Source of the DNA: Cyanobacteria bacterium HKST-UBA04
GTDB lineage: Bacteria; Cyanobacteriota; Vampirovibrionia; Vampirovibrionales; JAGQHJ01
Length of the DNA: 64,000 bases
NCBI GenBank assembly: GCA_020431915.1
Contig: JAGQHJ010000005.1
Coordinates: 1,087 to 65,086, forward strand
Reading direction: 5' to 3'
The stretch's first letter is position 1, and each line of letters begins with the position of its first letter. Positions 1-9,124 of this stretch are shown here, in pieces. A program made the translations under genes and the position numbers. The notes under the pieces were generated by a model. It had not been told where the DNA came from and ran no database searches. It saw nothing but the letters and a program-made list of their open reading frames with translations.

Positions 1-108
1 ACCGATAAGGAAGGTGCTGGCCTCGTAGGTCTGATGACCCGGCTTGGGATAGACAACGGTCAGGGTATTGGTCGTACGGTTGACAGTACGATCGGATTTC
101 AGGGACAT
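1..108 (-). CDS. hypothetical protein, first 36 codons only (gene runs off the left edge)
   Basis: ATG at 108 on the minus strand reads MSLKSDRTVNRTTNTLTVVYPKPGHQTYEASTFLIG with no stop down to position 1. It overlaps the pyrF stop by 10 nt. A hand count of codon-position GC over 1-60 fits this frame (3rd > 1st > 2nd). It is too short for the ORF track. Confidence 0.4.
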   Translation of the reverse strand, partial: MSLKSDRTVNRTTNTLTVVYPKPGHQTYEASTFLIG

Positions 109-836
109 ACGGCCGACAGGGCCTCTAGTACCTCGGTGCAGCGGTGCAGCGGGTCGTTGGCCCCCAGAATGCTGCGTCCCATTACAATGGCGTTTGCCCC
201 CAACCGGGCGGCGTCTTGGGGGCTGACCACCTTTTTCTGGTCGTCATGGCTGTCGCCGGGCCACCGGATGCCGGGATTGACCAGCGCCAAGGTGTTGTCG
301 ACGGCCTGGCGTATGGCCTGGTTCTCGTAGGCGCTGCAGACCACCCCGCCCAGATCAGCCTGCCTCGCCAGTGTGGCCCAATGGGGCACCACTGCCGAGC
401 GGTTCAGGGCGCTGTTGGGAAAAAACGTGTCCAGGTGGGTTTCGTCCAGGCTGGTTAACAGGGTTACCCCCAGCACGCATGTGTCGGTGCCCTCAAAGAC
501 CCTGGCCGCTGCCTGCATCATGGCCAGCCCGCCGCTGGTGTGTATCGTCAGATATTTTACCCCCAGGTCTTTCAGGGCGTGGCATGCACCTTCTACCTGG
601 TGAGGAATGTCGTGGAGCTTGAGGTCCAGGAAGACGTCGACGCCTTCGGCCTTGAATGCCTTGACCAGATCGGGGCCCCCCAGGCAAAACAGTTGCAGGC
701 CCAGCTTGAAACAAGGCGTCTGGCTGGCTGCCAAACTTCCCGAAGCAAAAGCCGGTTTCAGACGGCGAACCCAATCCAGTGCCGCCTCGGGTGCGGGCAC
801 ATCAAGGGCCACAATGACAGAAGGGGGGGCGGTCAT
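99..836 (-). CDS. pyrF: orotidine 5'-phosphate decarboxylase
   Basis: Minus-strand ORF 99..863. It has the SVIVALD N-terminus, the DLKLHDIP active-site motif and a NPGIR...GANAIVMGRSI C-terminus, all typical of PyrF. I prefer the ATG at 836 (MTAPPSVIVALD) over the TTG at 863. Confidence 0.85.
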   Translation of the reverse strand: MTAPPSVIVALDVPAPEAALDWVRRLKPAFASGSLAASQTPCFKLGLQLFCLGGPDLVKAFKAEGVDVFLDLKLHDIPHQVEGACHALKDLGVKYLTIHTSGGLAMMQAAARVFEGTDTCVLGVTLLTSLDETHLDTFFPNSALNRSAVVPHWATLARQADLGGVVCSAYENQAIRQAVDNTLALVNPGIRWPGDSHDDQKKVVSPQDAARLGANAIVMGRSILGANDPLHRCTEVLEALSAVCP

Positions 837-976
837 GCCGAGCGCATCCCTGACGGTTGACAATACAGCTGACAGCGCAGTGGACCGTGCCGTTCAGTAC
901 CCCCTTACTTTATCGCAAACGTTTACACAGCCGCCACTGTACGCCGGTGTATGTGGATGTTGTGGGTGCGGCTAAA

Positions 977-1534
977 TCAGTGTGTGGGTGGTGGCGCGCC
1001 GGGGGGCGTATTCGGGTCGTAGCCGTAATAGGGGTCGGGGTAATGGGAAGGGTAGTGGGGCGGATATTGGTGGGGGTATTGATGAACCGGGTCGAGCATC
1101 CCAAAGACGAATTCCAGGCCCAGCAGCAGTGGGGGGATACCGGCCAGGATCATGGGGCTGGCCAGCAGGGTAATGGCACCAAACGGAGGCAGGAAGAAGC
1201 TGAAGGCCAGGCTGGCCCCAATCGAAATCAGGTTGTTTTTCACGAAATTCCCCAGGCCCTTGCCGGGCGTCAGGGAATCGAGGACCCGAACCACCCCGTT
1301 TTTCAGCCGGGTGACGGGGGCCAGGTTGTTCCAGAAAGTCTTCCAGGCGTTGGGCTTGTCTGGCGACGGCGGTGGTGCGTCGAAGTCGGGTGAGGGCTGG
1401 TGGCCAAACTGCAGCGAATCGTTGGGCATGGCACGATTCGTGCGGTAGGCATGAGGGGCAGACGGGCTTACCGTGGCTGATCTTGCCGTGATCGGGACAG
1501 CGGTATAGGCTTGGAGGTGGGGGATAGAAGACAT
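977..1534 (-). CDS. hypothetical membrane protein with His/Tyr/Pro-rich C-terminal tail
   Basis: 185-aa ORF with a hydrophobic core (ISIGASLAFSFFLPPFGAITLLASPMILAGIPPLLLGLEFVF) and a low-complexity tail (HQYPHQYPPHYPSHYPDPYYGYDP). No family recognised. Confidence 0.5.
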   Translation of the reverse strand: MSSIPHLQAYTAVPITARSATVSPSAPHAYRTNRAMPNDSLQFGHQPSPDFDAPPPSPDKPNAWKTFWNNLAPVTRLKNGVVRVLDSLTPGKGLGNFVKNNLISIGASLAFSFFLPPFGAITLLASPMILAGIPPLLLGLEFVFGMLDPVHQYPHQYPPHYPSHYPDPYYGYDPNTPPGAPPPTH

Positions 1535-1931
1535 ACGAAAAAGGCTCTGGAACCTGTTTGTCGGTGAACAACCCCGTTGGATGCCTGTTGGACAGGACGA
1601 TGGATTTTAGGGGGTACCGGATTACAATAGGGATGATTCTGATGTGTAAAACCCCCTGACCCGATAAAATTGCCCCATGGCAGGGCCGGCAGGCCATTTC
1701 CTGCGGCCTTCGCACAGATAGGGGAGGTCGTTGCCCTCTCTGGTTGTTACACTGGTTTGTACGGGCTTTTATTGTGGTTGGCCCACCGCTTCCTCCTTTT
1801 TGCCCCTTCCGTATGGTATCTTTAGCCCATCAAGGGTGCCTAATCCGCTTCAGGAGCTTTCTTTGAAAATCACTGGTCTTGTCAATCGCCTCAATCGCCT
1901 TGTACTCAATCGCCTTGTACCGGCCACCGTC

Positions 1932-3302
1932 ATGGGGGTGGTCTCCGGGTGCATGCTGCTGGGGCCTGTATGGCCGCTGTGTGCGTATGCGTTTCGGGTC
2001 GACCCCTCCCTGGAGCACTCTGTCGACAACAGCCCCTCGTCGGGAGTCACCATCAGCAAACGCTGCATCAACGAACCTGGCGGCGTGTCGCCCAACAACC
2101 TTCACGGCAGCTGGGGCGAAGACAATGAATACAATGCCGAGGAAGACTGCATTACCCCCATCTATTCCCTGCAGGTCCCCGAACCACCGCCGACCACGGT
2201 TGTTCAGCCTGTGGCCCAAACCGACGATGGTACGCCGGTATTTAAGGGCACTGTGGAAAAAAGCTTCAAGGCCGACGTGGAGTTTGACACTGGCCATACC
2301 CTGCCCAAGGGCGAAACCCTGATTTTGACCATGCTCGATTTTCTGGCCACGGGTTACAACATGGCCGGCGACGAGTTTAATGCCGTCATTAAGGAACCCA
2401 TTGAGCGCAACGGCAAGATTTTGATCCCCGAGGGATCGCTGGTGCAGGGACACCTGGAAGGGGCCGGCGAACAGGCCGACTCGAACCGCTACAAAAACCA
2501 GATTGTCATGGTCTTTGACCATATCCTGCTGCCCAATGGCCAAAAAATCCCGTTGGACGGCACCACCAAAACCCAGCGTACCAGCCTGGTCAAGGAAGTG
2601 GCCCAGCGGGTGGGCGGTGGTGTTGGCGGGTCCGTTAAGGGTGCCGTAAAAGGGGTGTTGGTAGGGTTGCAGTTTGGCGGTATTGAAGGTGCCGTGGCCA
2701 GCGAAGGCTGGACCTTGGCCATAGGGGCCGGCATTGGTGCCGTTGCGGGCCTAGGCAAGGGGTTGGCCCGCACCAACGATCAGATTGTGGTCCGGGCGGG
2801 CGACAAGATGAAAATCAAGCTGGAAAGCCCCCTGGATTTGCCGACCTACGAGCCGGTTGACCAGAAGACCCTTGAGATTACCGCAACGGGCCTTGATATA
2901 GAGATTACCAACCTGCAAATCGCCATGGACCCCTTCCAGGTGGATCACCAGATTAAGCTGACCCTGGACATCGACAACCAGACGGATTACGACTTTGGCC
3001 TGTACGACTTCGAGCTGGTGGACACCTTTGGCACCGTCTACCGGATTTCCCCGTTTAGCCACAACCAGATTAGCTTTGAGACCGTCGATGCCCACAAGCA
3101 GTTCAAGGGCGACTTTCTCTTTCCCATACAAAATCCGCAGTTAAGCCATTTTTTGGTGGTGTATAAGCCTTACACCCGTGATGTGCTGGCCCGCTACAGC
3201 CTGCATGAAGCCTATAAGAGCCTGACAAAGAGCAGTGGCAGTAGCGGCAAAGGAAAAACCAAATCCAGTCGCCAGCCCAGCCCCCGCGTTAAATCGTCTT
3301 AG
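1932..3302 (+). CDS. secreted hypothetical protein with TrbI/VirB10-like beta-barrel segment and glycine-zipper region
   Basis: ORF 1731..3302. The ATG at 1932 gives a signal-like N-terminus (MGVVSGCMLLGPVWPLCAYA). The segment LPKGETLILTML...GKILIPEGSLVQGHLEG...IVMVFDHILLPNGQKIPLDG follows the VirB10/TrbI pattern (ILIPxGSxLxGxY ... VxVxWxRLIxPxG). It is followed by a Gly-zipper (GGGVGGSVKGAVKGVLVGLQFGG...GAGIGAVAGLGKG). Confidence 0.55.
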   Translation: MGVVSGCMLLGPVWPLCAYAFRVDPSLEHSVDNSPSSGVTISKRCINEPGGVSPNNLHGSWGEDNEYNAEEDCITPIYSLQVPEPPPTTVVQPVAQTDDGTPVFKGTVEKSFKADVEFDTGHTLPKGETLILTMLDFLATGYNMAGDEFNAVIKEPIERNGKILIPEGSLVQGHLEGAGEQADSNRYKNQIVMVFDHILLPNGQKIPLDGTTKTQRTSLVKEVAQRVGGGVGGSVKGAVKGVLVGLQFGGIEGAVASEGWTLAIGAGIGAVAGLGKGLARTNDQIVVRAGDKMKIKLESPLDLPTYEPVDQKTLEITATGLDIEITNLQIAMDPFQVDHQIKLTLDIDNQTDYDFGLYDFELVDTFGTVYRISPFSHNQISFETVDAHKQFKGDFLFPIQNPQLSHFLVVYKPYTRDVLARYSLHEAYKSLTKSSGSSGKGKTKSSRQPSPRVKSS

Positions 3303-3375
3303 CGGTGAGAGGGGAACGGCTGCCCTAAACGGTTATACATGGCCCTAAGCGGCCAGTTTAACGCCATGAAAAATA

Positions 3376-3447
3376 TGCCCATGACGAGACTTGAACTCGT
3401 GACCTCTCCCTTACCAAGGGAGTGCGCTACCGCTGCGCCACATGGGC
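3376..3447 (-). tRNA. tRNA-Thr (anticodon GGU)
   Basis: Hand-folded cloverleaf, 72 nt: GCCCATG TG GCGC AGCGGTA GCGC A CTCCC TTGGTAA GGGAG AGGTC ACGAG TTCAAGT CTCGT CATGGGC A. CCA is not encoded. Confidence 0.9.
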
Positions 3448-3475
3448 ATATCTATTGAATTGAAGAATGGGGGTG

Positions 3476-3556
3476 TGGGCAGGGTAGGATTCGAACCTAC
3501 GTAGCTGACGCAACGGGTTTACAGCCCGCCTCCTTTAACCACTCGGACACCTGCCC
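3476..3556 (-). tRNA. tRNA-Tyr (anticodon GUA), class II with long variable arm
   Basis: Hand-folded, 81 nt: GGGCAGG TG TCC GAGTGGTTAAA GGA G GCGGG CTGTAAA CCCGT, a 12-nt variable arm, then GTAGG TTCGAAT CCTAC CCTGCCC A. Confidence 0.9.
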
Positions 3557-3658
3557 TGGAAACTAGTTGGTTGATAGTTGGGGTTGTCGGTACACCGCTT
3601 TATGGTAGCCCGTCTCGTGGACAGGAGCAAGACCGCAAAGTGAGTGCAGGGAACCGCG

Positions 3659-3667
3659 ATTATACCA
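3659..3667 (-). promoter_or_regulatory. putative extended -10 promoter element (TGGTATAAT) inside the tRNA spacer
   Basis: The minus strand reads ...GGGTTCTGGTATAATCGCGG..., about 100 nt upstream of the tRNA-Tyr 5' end. There is no convincing -35 element. Confidence 0.3.
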
Positions 3668-3754
3668 GAACCCGCCCCCGGTGTTGTTTAGGTGATCTCA
3701 TAGAGGCCGTTCGGATGGCCCAATGGGGGTGGTTGTGCGGTTGGTAAGGAAAAA

Positions 3755-3829
3755 TGGTGCCGGTGATGGGACTCGAACCCGCAACCTACGGTTTACAAAA
3801 CCGTTGCTCTACCATTGAGCTACACCGGC
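3755..3829 (-). tRNA. tRNA-Thr (anticodon UGU), CCA encoded
   Basis: GCCGGTG TA GCTC AATGGTA GAGC A ACGGT TTTGTAA ACCGT AGGTT GCGGG TTCGAGT CCCAT CACCGGC A CCA. The T-stem has one C:A mismatch. Confidence 0.85.
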
Positions 3830-3896
3830 GTGTGCCACGACTCTCGATAGCTGAGGATACCACAAGGCCTCATGGTAAAAAGGGTGGCCATGCAAG

Positions 3897-5090
3897 TCAA
3901 TCAACTCCCTGACCCAGAATCGATGCGGACGGGTGTTGGGGGGTGACGGGGTGAGAGGCCGGACTCATCTCCCGGTTTATGTTCCGGTTTATGGTTAGGT
4001 GTTGCAGCAGTTGGGCCGCAAATTGGCTGGTGTCGAACCGCTGGGCCGAGGCGGCAATGGCGGCATGGTCCCAGCGCTGGCGTTCTATTTGTCGAACCCC
4101 CTCCATCCAGGCCGTCAAGGTCATGTCATCAAGCAGCAGGCCGGTACTGCCGTGCGTCACAATGTCGCAGCTGCCCCCGGCGTTTTGTGCCAGCACGGGT
4201 TTGCCTGAAGCCTGAGCCTCGGCAACGGCCATGCCAAAGTCTTCGAGGGCTGGGTACACAAAGCCGATGCAGCGCCCCATAAAGGTTTCATAGGCCGTGG
4301 TGTCCACATGGCCCAGAAACGTAATGGTATCGCCGGCCATGGCTTCCAGCTTTTGGCGTTCCGGGCCGTCGCCGATAATCATTAAGGGTAGTCGAAGGCG
4401 GTTAAACAGGTCTATGACGAAATCAAAGCGTTTGTAGGGTACCAGTCGGCCAGCTGTCAGCCAGAACTCGTCGGTGGTGTCAAAGGAAAAACGCTGGCAA
4501 TCGATGGGGGGATGCAGCACCGTGGCCTGTCGGCCCCAGTAGCGTTCGATACGGCGGGCCGTGAACCGGGAATTGGCCAGGAAGGTGTCGACCCTGGTCG
4601 CCGTGGTGGTGTCCCACTGTCGCAGGGGTGTGGCTAGCAGCTGCAGGGCCTGGCGTGTCAGCCAGTCGCTTTGCTGCAAGTAGGGCCAATACTGGTCGTA
4701 CAGATATCGGGCAGGGGTGTGGCAATAACAAAGGTGCCGGGCACCGGGTGCCGGCAGCACGGCCTTGGCCGCCACATGGTGGAAGGACAGTACCGTGTCG
4801 GCATGCTGTACGTTTTGCTGCTCCGTTAGCCAGGGCAGCAGGGGGTAAGCGAATTGGACGTGCCGCTTGAGCAGGGCAAAGTCATTGAGCGGACCTGTCT
4901 TTAAGGCCTTTAAGAGGGCGGCGTCCTGCATCACCGCCTCGTTTACAAGCGGGGTGTGGGCGGTCAGCGTAAGGCCCTGGGCCGAAAGCACTTGCCAGAC
5001 GGTTTCAAAGAGTTTTTCGGCGCCACCGTACCCGGCCTGGGTGCCGAGTGGATCGCTGACCATGGCGATGCAATGGGAGGATGGGGGCAC
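3897..5090 (-). CDS. glycosyltransferase family 4 (GT-B, retaining)
   Basis: ORF 3897..5177. The C-terminal half carries the GT4 signature (FLGHVD...FVYPALEDFGMAVAEAQASGKPVLAQNAGGSCDIV..GSTGLL). The start is uncertain. The GTG at 5090 has AAGGTG 9 nt upstream, and the ATG at 5063 is the alternative. Confidence 0.8.
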   Translation of the reverse strand: MPPSSHCIAMVSDPLGTQAGYGGAEKLFETVWQVLSAQGLTLTAHTPLVNEAVMQDAALLKALKTGPLNDFALLKRHVQFAYPLLPWLTEQQNVQHADTVLSFHHVAAKAVLPAPGARHLCYCHTPARYLYDQYWPYLQQSDWLTRQALQLLATPLRQWDTTTATRVDTFLANSRFTARRIERYWGRQATVLHPPIDCQRFSFDTTDEFWLTAGRLVPYKRFDFVIDLFNRLRLPLMIIGDGPERQKLEAMAGDTITFLGHVDTTAYETFMGRCIGFVYPALEDFGMAVAEAQASGKPVLAQNAGGSCDIVTHGSTGLLLDDMTLTAWMEGVRQIERQRWDHAAIAASAQRFDTSQFAAQLLQHLTINRNINREMSPASHPVTPQHPSASILGQGVD

Positions 5091-5436
5091 GGGGCGGGAC
5101 ACCTTATGGTTGCCTCTATAGCGTGAATGCCTACTAATTAATAAGTGTGAATGCCTACTATTATAGTGACGACCCAAATAGCGTGAACACCGGACACGGG
5201 CCTGCAGAGAGGGGCCCGAGAAAGAGAGGCCCGAAAAGGCGTTTAAAGGGAGACCAAAGGGAGACGGTGGACGCTTTATTTCGGTGCTTCATTAGTGTAG
5301 CACCCTGCCCCTTGTGTCGTGTCGTTTCACCTTGCCCCGGTTGCTGCTTTGTTCGTGCGGCGGCTAATACATGGTGGTCTGTTCCAACCCGTCGGTTCTG
5401 GGCATGGGGCGTTGGTCGGGATACAATGGCAACGCT

Positions 5437-6312
5437 ATGCCTGCCCTTGCCAATGAACCCGCTCAGCCGTCCGCCACCTCGCCGCCATGGGCGGTTCCCC
5501 TGGTGGTGGATTGCCACTACAGCAGTCGCCACTACGTGGCCGATTTGTGGCGCTTTCGGCGTGTGGTGCCGGTGCTGGCATGGATGGGTATGCTGAGCCG
5601 ATACCGGTATGCGGCCATTGGCCTGTTGTGGGTGGTGGTCAAGGCGGCTGTTACGTTTTTCTTCTTCTGGCTGTTGTTTAGCCGGGTGTTGAAGGTTAAT
5701 GCGGCGGCTGGGCCAAACGAGGGTGCCATTATTGTGTCGGGGGTGCTGGTGTGGCAGCTCTTCCAGTCGGTCATTGCCGAAAGTAGCATGGCCATTCTGA
5801 ACGCCCTGCCCCTGGTTCGAACAGCCTATATCCCCCGGATTCTTAAGCCGATGGGTGCGACCCTGATGTGCCTGGTGGAGTTTCTGGCGGTGGCGGCTTT
5901 CTTTTTACTTATGGGGCCCTTGCTTGGCGTGCATTACGGGCCCCAGCTGCTATGGTTGCCGGTGGCCATTGCCTTGAGCGTACTGGTTATGTTTGCCATG
6001 GGCATGGGGTTGGCCCTGAGCGTGGTGCGGTTTTATGACGTGCGGTTTTTGGTGACCTTTTTTATGCAGACCATCTTTTTTGTGACCCCGGTGGCCTATG
6101 CCGTCAACCTGATTCCCGAGCCGTGGCGCATCTGGTACAGCCTGAACCCGCTGGTGGGGTGCATTGAATTGTTTCGTCTGGCGTTGTGCACCTCGGCCTA
6201 TACCATTTATTGGCCGGCCGTGATGCTGTCTGCCACGATGGGGGTTGGGCTACTGGTGGTCGGGGCATTGGCCTACATTCGCTATGACGGGGTGTTGGCC
6301 GATGTTATCTGA
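5437..6312 (+). CDS. ABC-2 type polysaccharide/glycan export permease (Wzm/TagG-like)
   Basis: ORF 5371..6312. It has about six hydrophobic helices and the N-terminal RYRYAAIGLLWVVVKAAVTFFFFWLLF pattern typical of ABC-2 exporters. It is translationally coupled to the downstream ATPase. A start at 5437 (MPALANEP) is plausible. Confidence 0.75.
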   Translation: MPALANEPAQPSATSPPWAVPLVVDCHYSSRHYVADLWRFRRVVPVLAWMGMLSRYRYAAIGLLWVVVKAAVTFFFFWLLFSRVLKVNAAAGPNEGAIIVSGVLVWQLFQSVIAESSMAILNALPLVRTAYIPRILKPMGATLMCLVEFLAVAAFFLLMGPLLGVHYGPQLLWLPVAIALSVLVMFAMGMGLALSVVRFYDVRFLVTFFMQTIFFVTPVAYAVNLIPEPWRIWYSLNPLVGCIELFRLALCTSAYTIYWPAVMLSATMGVGLLVVGALAYIRYDGVLADVI

Positions 6313-7141
6313 TGAGCAGGTGGTCCATAGCGTGCCTCCGGTATTGGTGGCCGTTGAGCATGTTAGCAAGGTCTATCGGTTGGATCGCTTTGGGTCGTCC
6401 TCGTCTGGCCAGGGTAGTGTGCAGGCCCATGCCCTAGCCCGGTTAAAGGCCCTGCTGGTGGACAAAACACTGCAGGGTGGTTTGGCAAGCCCTTTTGTTG
6501 CCCTCGATGACATCAGCTTTACGGTTCGGCGCGGCGAAGCCATTGCCCTGGTGGGTCATAACGGAGCCGGTAAAAGTACCTTGCTGGGCTTGCTTAGCCG
6601 TATCAGTCTGCCGAGTACGGGTAAAATAATGCTGTATGGCCGGATTAACACGGGGGGATTTGACCCCAGTTCGTTCTCCCGCTATATGACCGGTCGCGAG
6701 AATATTATGGCCCTGAGTACCATGCTGGGTGACAGCTGGCAGGCTATTGGCCAGAGGGTTGAGGCTATTGCCGACTTTGCCGAGCTGGGCGATTTTATGG
6801 ATGCCCCCATCAAGACGTACTCGTGGGGCATGACGATGCGCCTGGCCTTGTCCATTTTGGTGCACACCCCCTTCGACGTGCTGGTGCTTGACGAGGGGTT
6901 GGCGAAGCTTGACGACGCCTTCAAGGCCAAGGTGATTGATCGGTTGCAGGCGCTGAACCGTGACGGGGTGGCCCTGATCGTGGCGTGCCATCAGACGGGG
7001 CTGCTTGATACCTTATGCACCCGCGGGCTACTGCTTGAGCATGGCTGCCTGGTGCAGGATGGCCCGCTTGATGCCGTGCGGGCTTTTTACGAGGCGGGCC
7101 AGCAGCGGTTTGGGGACCCGGTTCAACCGGTCTGCGGCTGA
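6302..7141 (+). CDS. ABC transporter ATP-binding protein (Wzt/TagH-like)
   Basis: Walker A GHNGAGKST, signature-like YSWGMTMRL, Walker B VLVLDE. The ATG at 6302 overlaps the permease stop by 11 nt. Confidence 0.85.
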   Translation: MLSDEQVVHSVPPVLVAVEHVSKVYRLDRFGSSSSGQGSVQAHALARLKALLVDKTLQGGLASPFVALDDISFTVRRGEAIALVGHNGAGKSTLLGLLSRISLPSTGKIMLYGRINTGGFDPSSFSRYMTGRENIMALSTMLGDSWQAIGQRVEAIADFAELGDFMDAPIKTYSWGMTMRLALSILVHTPFDVLVLDEGLAKLDDAFKAKVIDRLQALNRDGVALIVACHQTGLLDTLCTRGLLLEHGCLVQDGPLDAVRAFYEAGQQRFGDPVQPVCG

Positions 7142-7520
7142 CAAGGCCGGAATACGAATACGCGGGTGGTGCCGGGCATTCGGGAAGGGGGTAGGGCGAT
7201 AAAGGGACGGCTTGCCAAGCTCGTGGCCTTTGTCGCATAATGCCTTCACACAACCAGAGCGATGGGCATTTGATGTGTAGTTCCCTATCCGTGTGCCTCG
7301 TCTGGGGTGGTGGCAGCAATTGGCTAGTCCCCTCTAACTTTGCTGCGCCAGCCTTTGCTTCTTTTTTTGTTTTTGTGGTACAAGTATTTTTTACACGTCA
7401 TCGTTGTCCTCAAGTAATGCGTAAGTCGGGATTGTCGCCCTTTGTTTCAGTCCCGGTCGAGCATCCCCGTAAGGTTTTAACAAACGACCATTGAGTTGAA
7501 AATGAAGGAGACTCCGATCC

Positions 7521-8735
7521 ATGGCCCGGGAAAAGTTTGAACGGACTAAGCCACACGTCAATATTGGTACCATTGGTCACGTTGACCACGGTAAAACCAC
7601 GTTGACCGCCGCAATTACCTTTACCATGAACGCCAAGAGCGGCAAGGCTGGTATTGCGTATGACCAGATTGACTCTGCGCCTGAAGAAAAGGCTCGCGGT
7701 ATTACCATTGCTACGGCACACGTTGAGTACGAAACCGACGAACGCCACTATGCCCACGTAGACTGCCCCGGCCACGCCGACTACGTAAAGAACATGATTA
7801 CCGGTGCTGCCCAGATGGACGGTGCCATTCTTGTTATTGCTGCCACCGACGGCCCGATGCCTCAAACCCGTGAGCACATCCTGCTGGCCCGTCAGGTTGG
7901 TGTTCCCAAGATTTGTGTGTTCCTCAACAAGTGCGACATGGTCGATGACGATGAAATTCTTGAGCTTGTTGAAATGGAAGCCCGCGAACTGCTCAGCTCT
8001 TACGAGTTTGATGGCGACAACATTCCGTTTGTTCGCGGTTCGGCCCTGAAAGCCCTGGAAGGTATGCAGGCCAACCCCAACCTGACCAAGGGTGAAGACA
8101 AGTGGGTTGATGCCATCTATGACCTGATGGATGCTGTCGATGCCTACGTACCTGTACCGGATCGGCCTGTTGACAAGCCGTTCCTGATGCCCATCGAGGA
8201 CGTGTTCTCCATCTCCGGCCGTGGTACGGTTGTAACCGGTCGTGTTGAACGCGGTAAGGTCAAGGTAGGCGAAGAAGTTGAGATTGTGGGCATGGGTGAA
8301 ACCACCACCACCACCGTTACCGGTGTTGAGATGTTCCGCAAACTGCTTGATGCGGGTGAAGCCGGTGACAACATTGGCGCCCTGCTCCGTGGTGTTGACA
8401 AGGATGCCGTTGAGCGTGGCCAGGTTCTGGCTGCTCCCGGTTCGATTAAGCCCCACACCAAGTTTACTGCCAACGTGTACGTTCTGACGAAAGAAGAAGG
8501 TGGTCGTCACACCCCGTTCTTCAAGGGCTACCGTCCGCAGTTTTACGTCCGTACGACCGACGTGACCGGTTCGATCACCTTGCCTGCCGATGTTGAAATG
8601 GTAATGCCTGGTGACAACATCGTTATGGACGTTGAATTGATTACCCCCGTTGCCCTCGAGGAAGGCATGCGCTTCGCTATTCGCGAAGGCGGCCGTACCG
8701 TTGGCGCCGGTGTAATTGACAAAATTAAAGAATAG
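7521..8735 (+). CDS. tuf: elongation factor Tu
   Basis: 404 aa with [17 protein letters not shown] and NKCD motifs and a full-length EF-Tu pattern. AAGGAG lies 11 nt upstream. The insertion [22 protein letters not shown] resembles cyanobacterial EF-Tu. Confidence 0.98.
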   Translation: MAREKFERTKPHVNIGTIGHVDHGKTTLTAAITFTMNAKSGKAGIAYDQIDSAPEEKARGITIATAHVEYETDERHYAHVDCPGHADYVKNMITGAAQMDGAILVIAATDGPMPQTREHILLARQVGVPKICVFLNKCDMVDDDEILELVEMEARELLSSYEFDGDNIPFVRGSALKALEGMQANPNLTKGEDKWVDAIYDLMDAVDAYVPVPDRPVDKPFLMPIEDVFSISGRGTVVTGRVERGKVKVGEEVEIVGMGETTTTTVTGVEMFRKLLDAGEAGDNIGALLRGVDKDAVERGQVLAAPGSIKPHTKFTANVYVLTKEEGGRHTPFFKGYRPQFYVRTTDVTGSITLPADVEMVMPGDNIVMDVELITPVALEEGMRFAIREGGRTVGAGVIDKIKE

Positions 8736-8773
8736 TCAAACCTAACCGAATTTTTAAAGGAATCTAAGGGCCA

Positions 8774-9124
8774 ATGGCTACACCGACTCAACCCCCCAAA
8801 TCCCAAAAAACCAAGAAGAAGCAGCAACGCATCCGTATTCGGCTTAAAGCGTTCGAGCATCACCTGCTTGACCAGTCGGCCGAGCGGATTGTCGAGGTTG
8901 CCAAATCGAGCCGGTGTAAGGTCGTTGGCCCGATTCCTTTGAAAACCAAGCGCAAAATCTTTTGCGTGAACCGTTCTCCCCACGTTGACAAGAAAAGCCG
9001 CGAACACTTCGAGGTGCGGACGCACCTGCGGCTGATTGACATCGTGGAACCGACCCAGGAAACCATGGAGCAGCTTAGTCGGCTCGACATGCCTGCCGGG
9101 GTCGGTATCGAGGTCAAGCTATAA
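8774..9124 (+). CDS. rpsJ: 30S ribosomal protein S10 (uS10) with short basic N-terminal extension
   Basis: The core [22 protein letters not shown]...[24 protein letters not shown] is canonical S10. It is preceded by [19 protein letters not shown]. Confidence 0.95.
   Translation: MATPTQPPKSQKTKKKQQRIRIRLKAFEHHLLDQSAERIVEVAKSSRCKVVGPIPLKTKRKIFCVNRSPHVDKKSREHFEVRTHLRLIDIVEPTQETMEQLSRLDMPAGVGIEVKL

Noticed and set aside
3376-7141. tRNA-flanked genomic island or integrative element
   Set aside because: I could find no integrase, no direct repeat of a tRNA 3' end and no mobility genes. The GT4 plus ABC exporter cassette is ordinary surface-glycan machinery.
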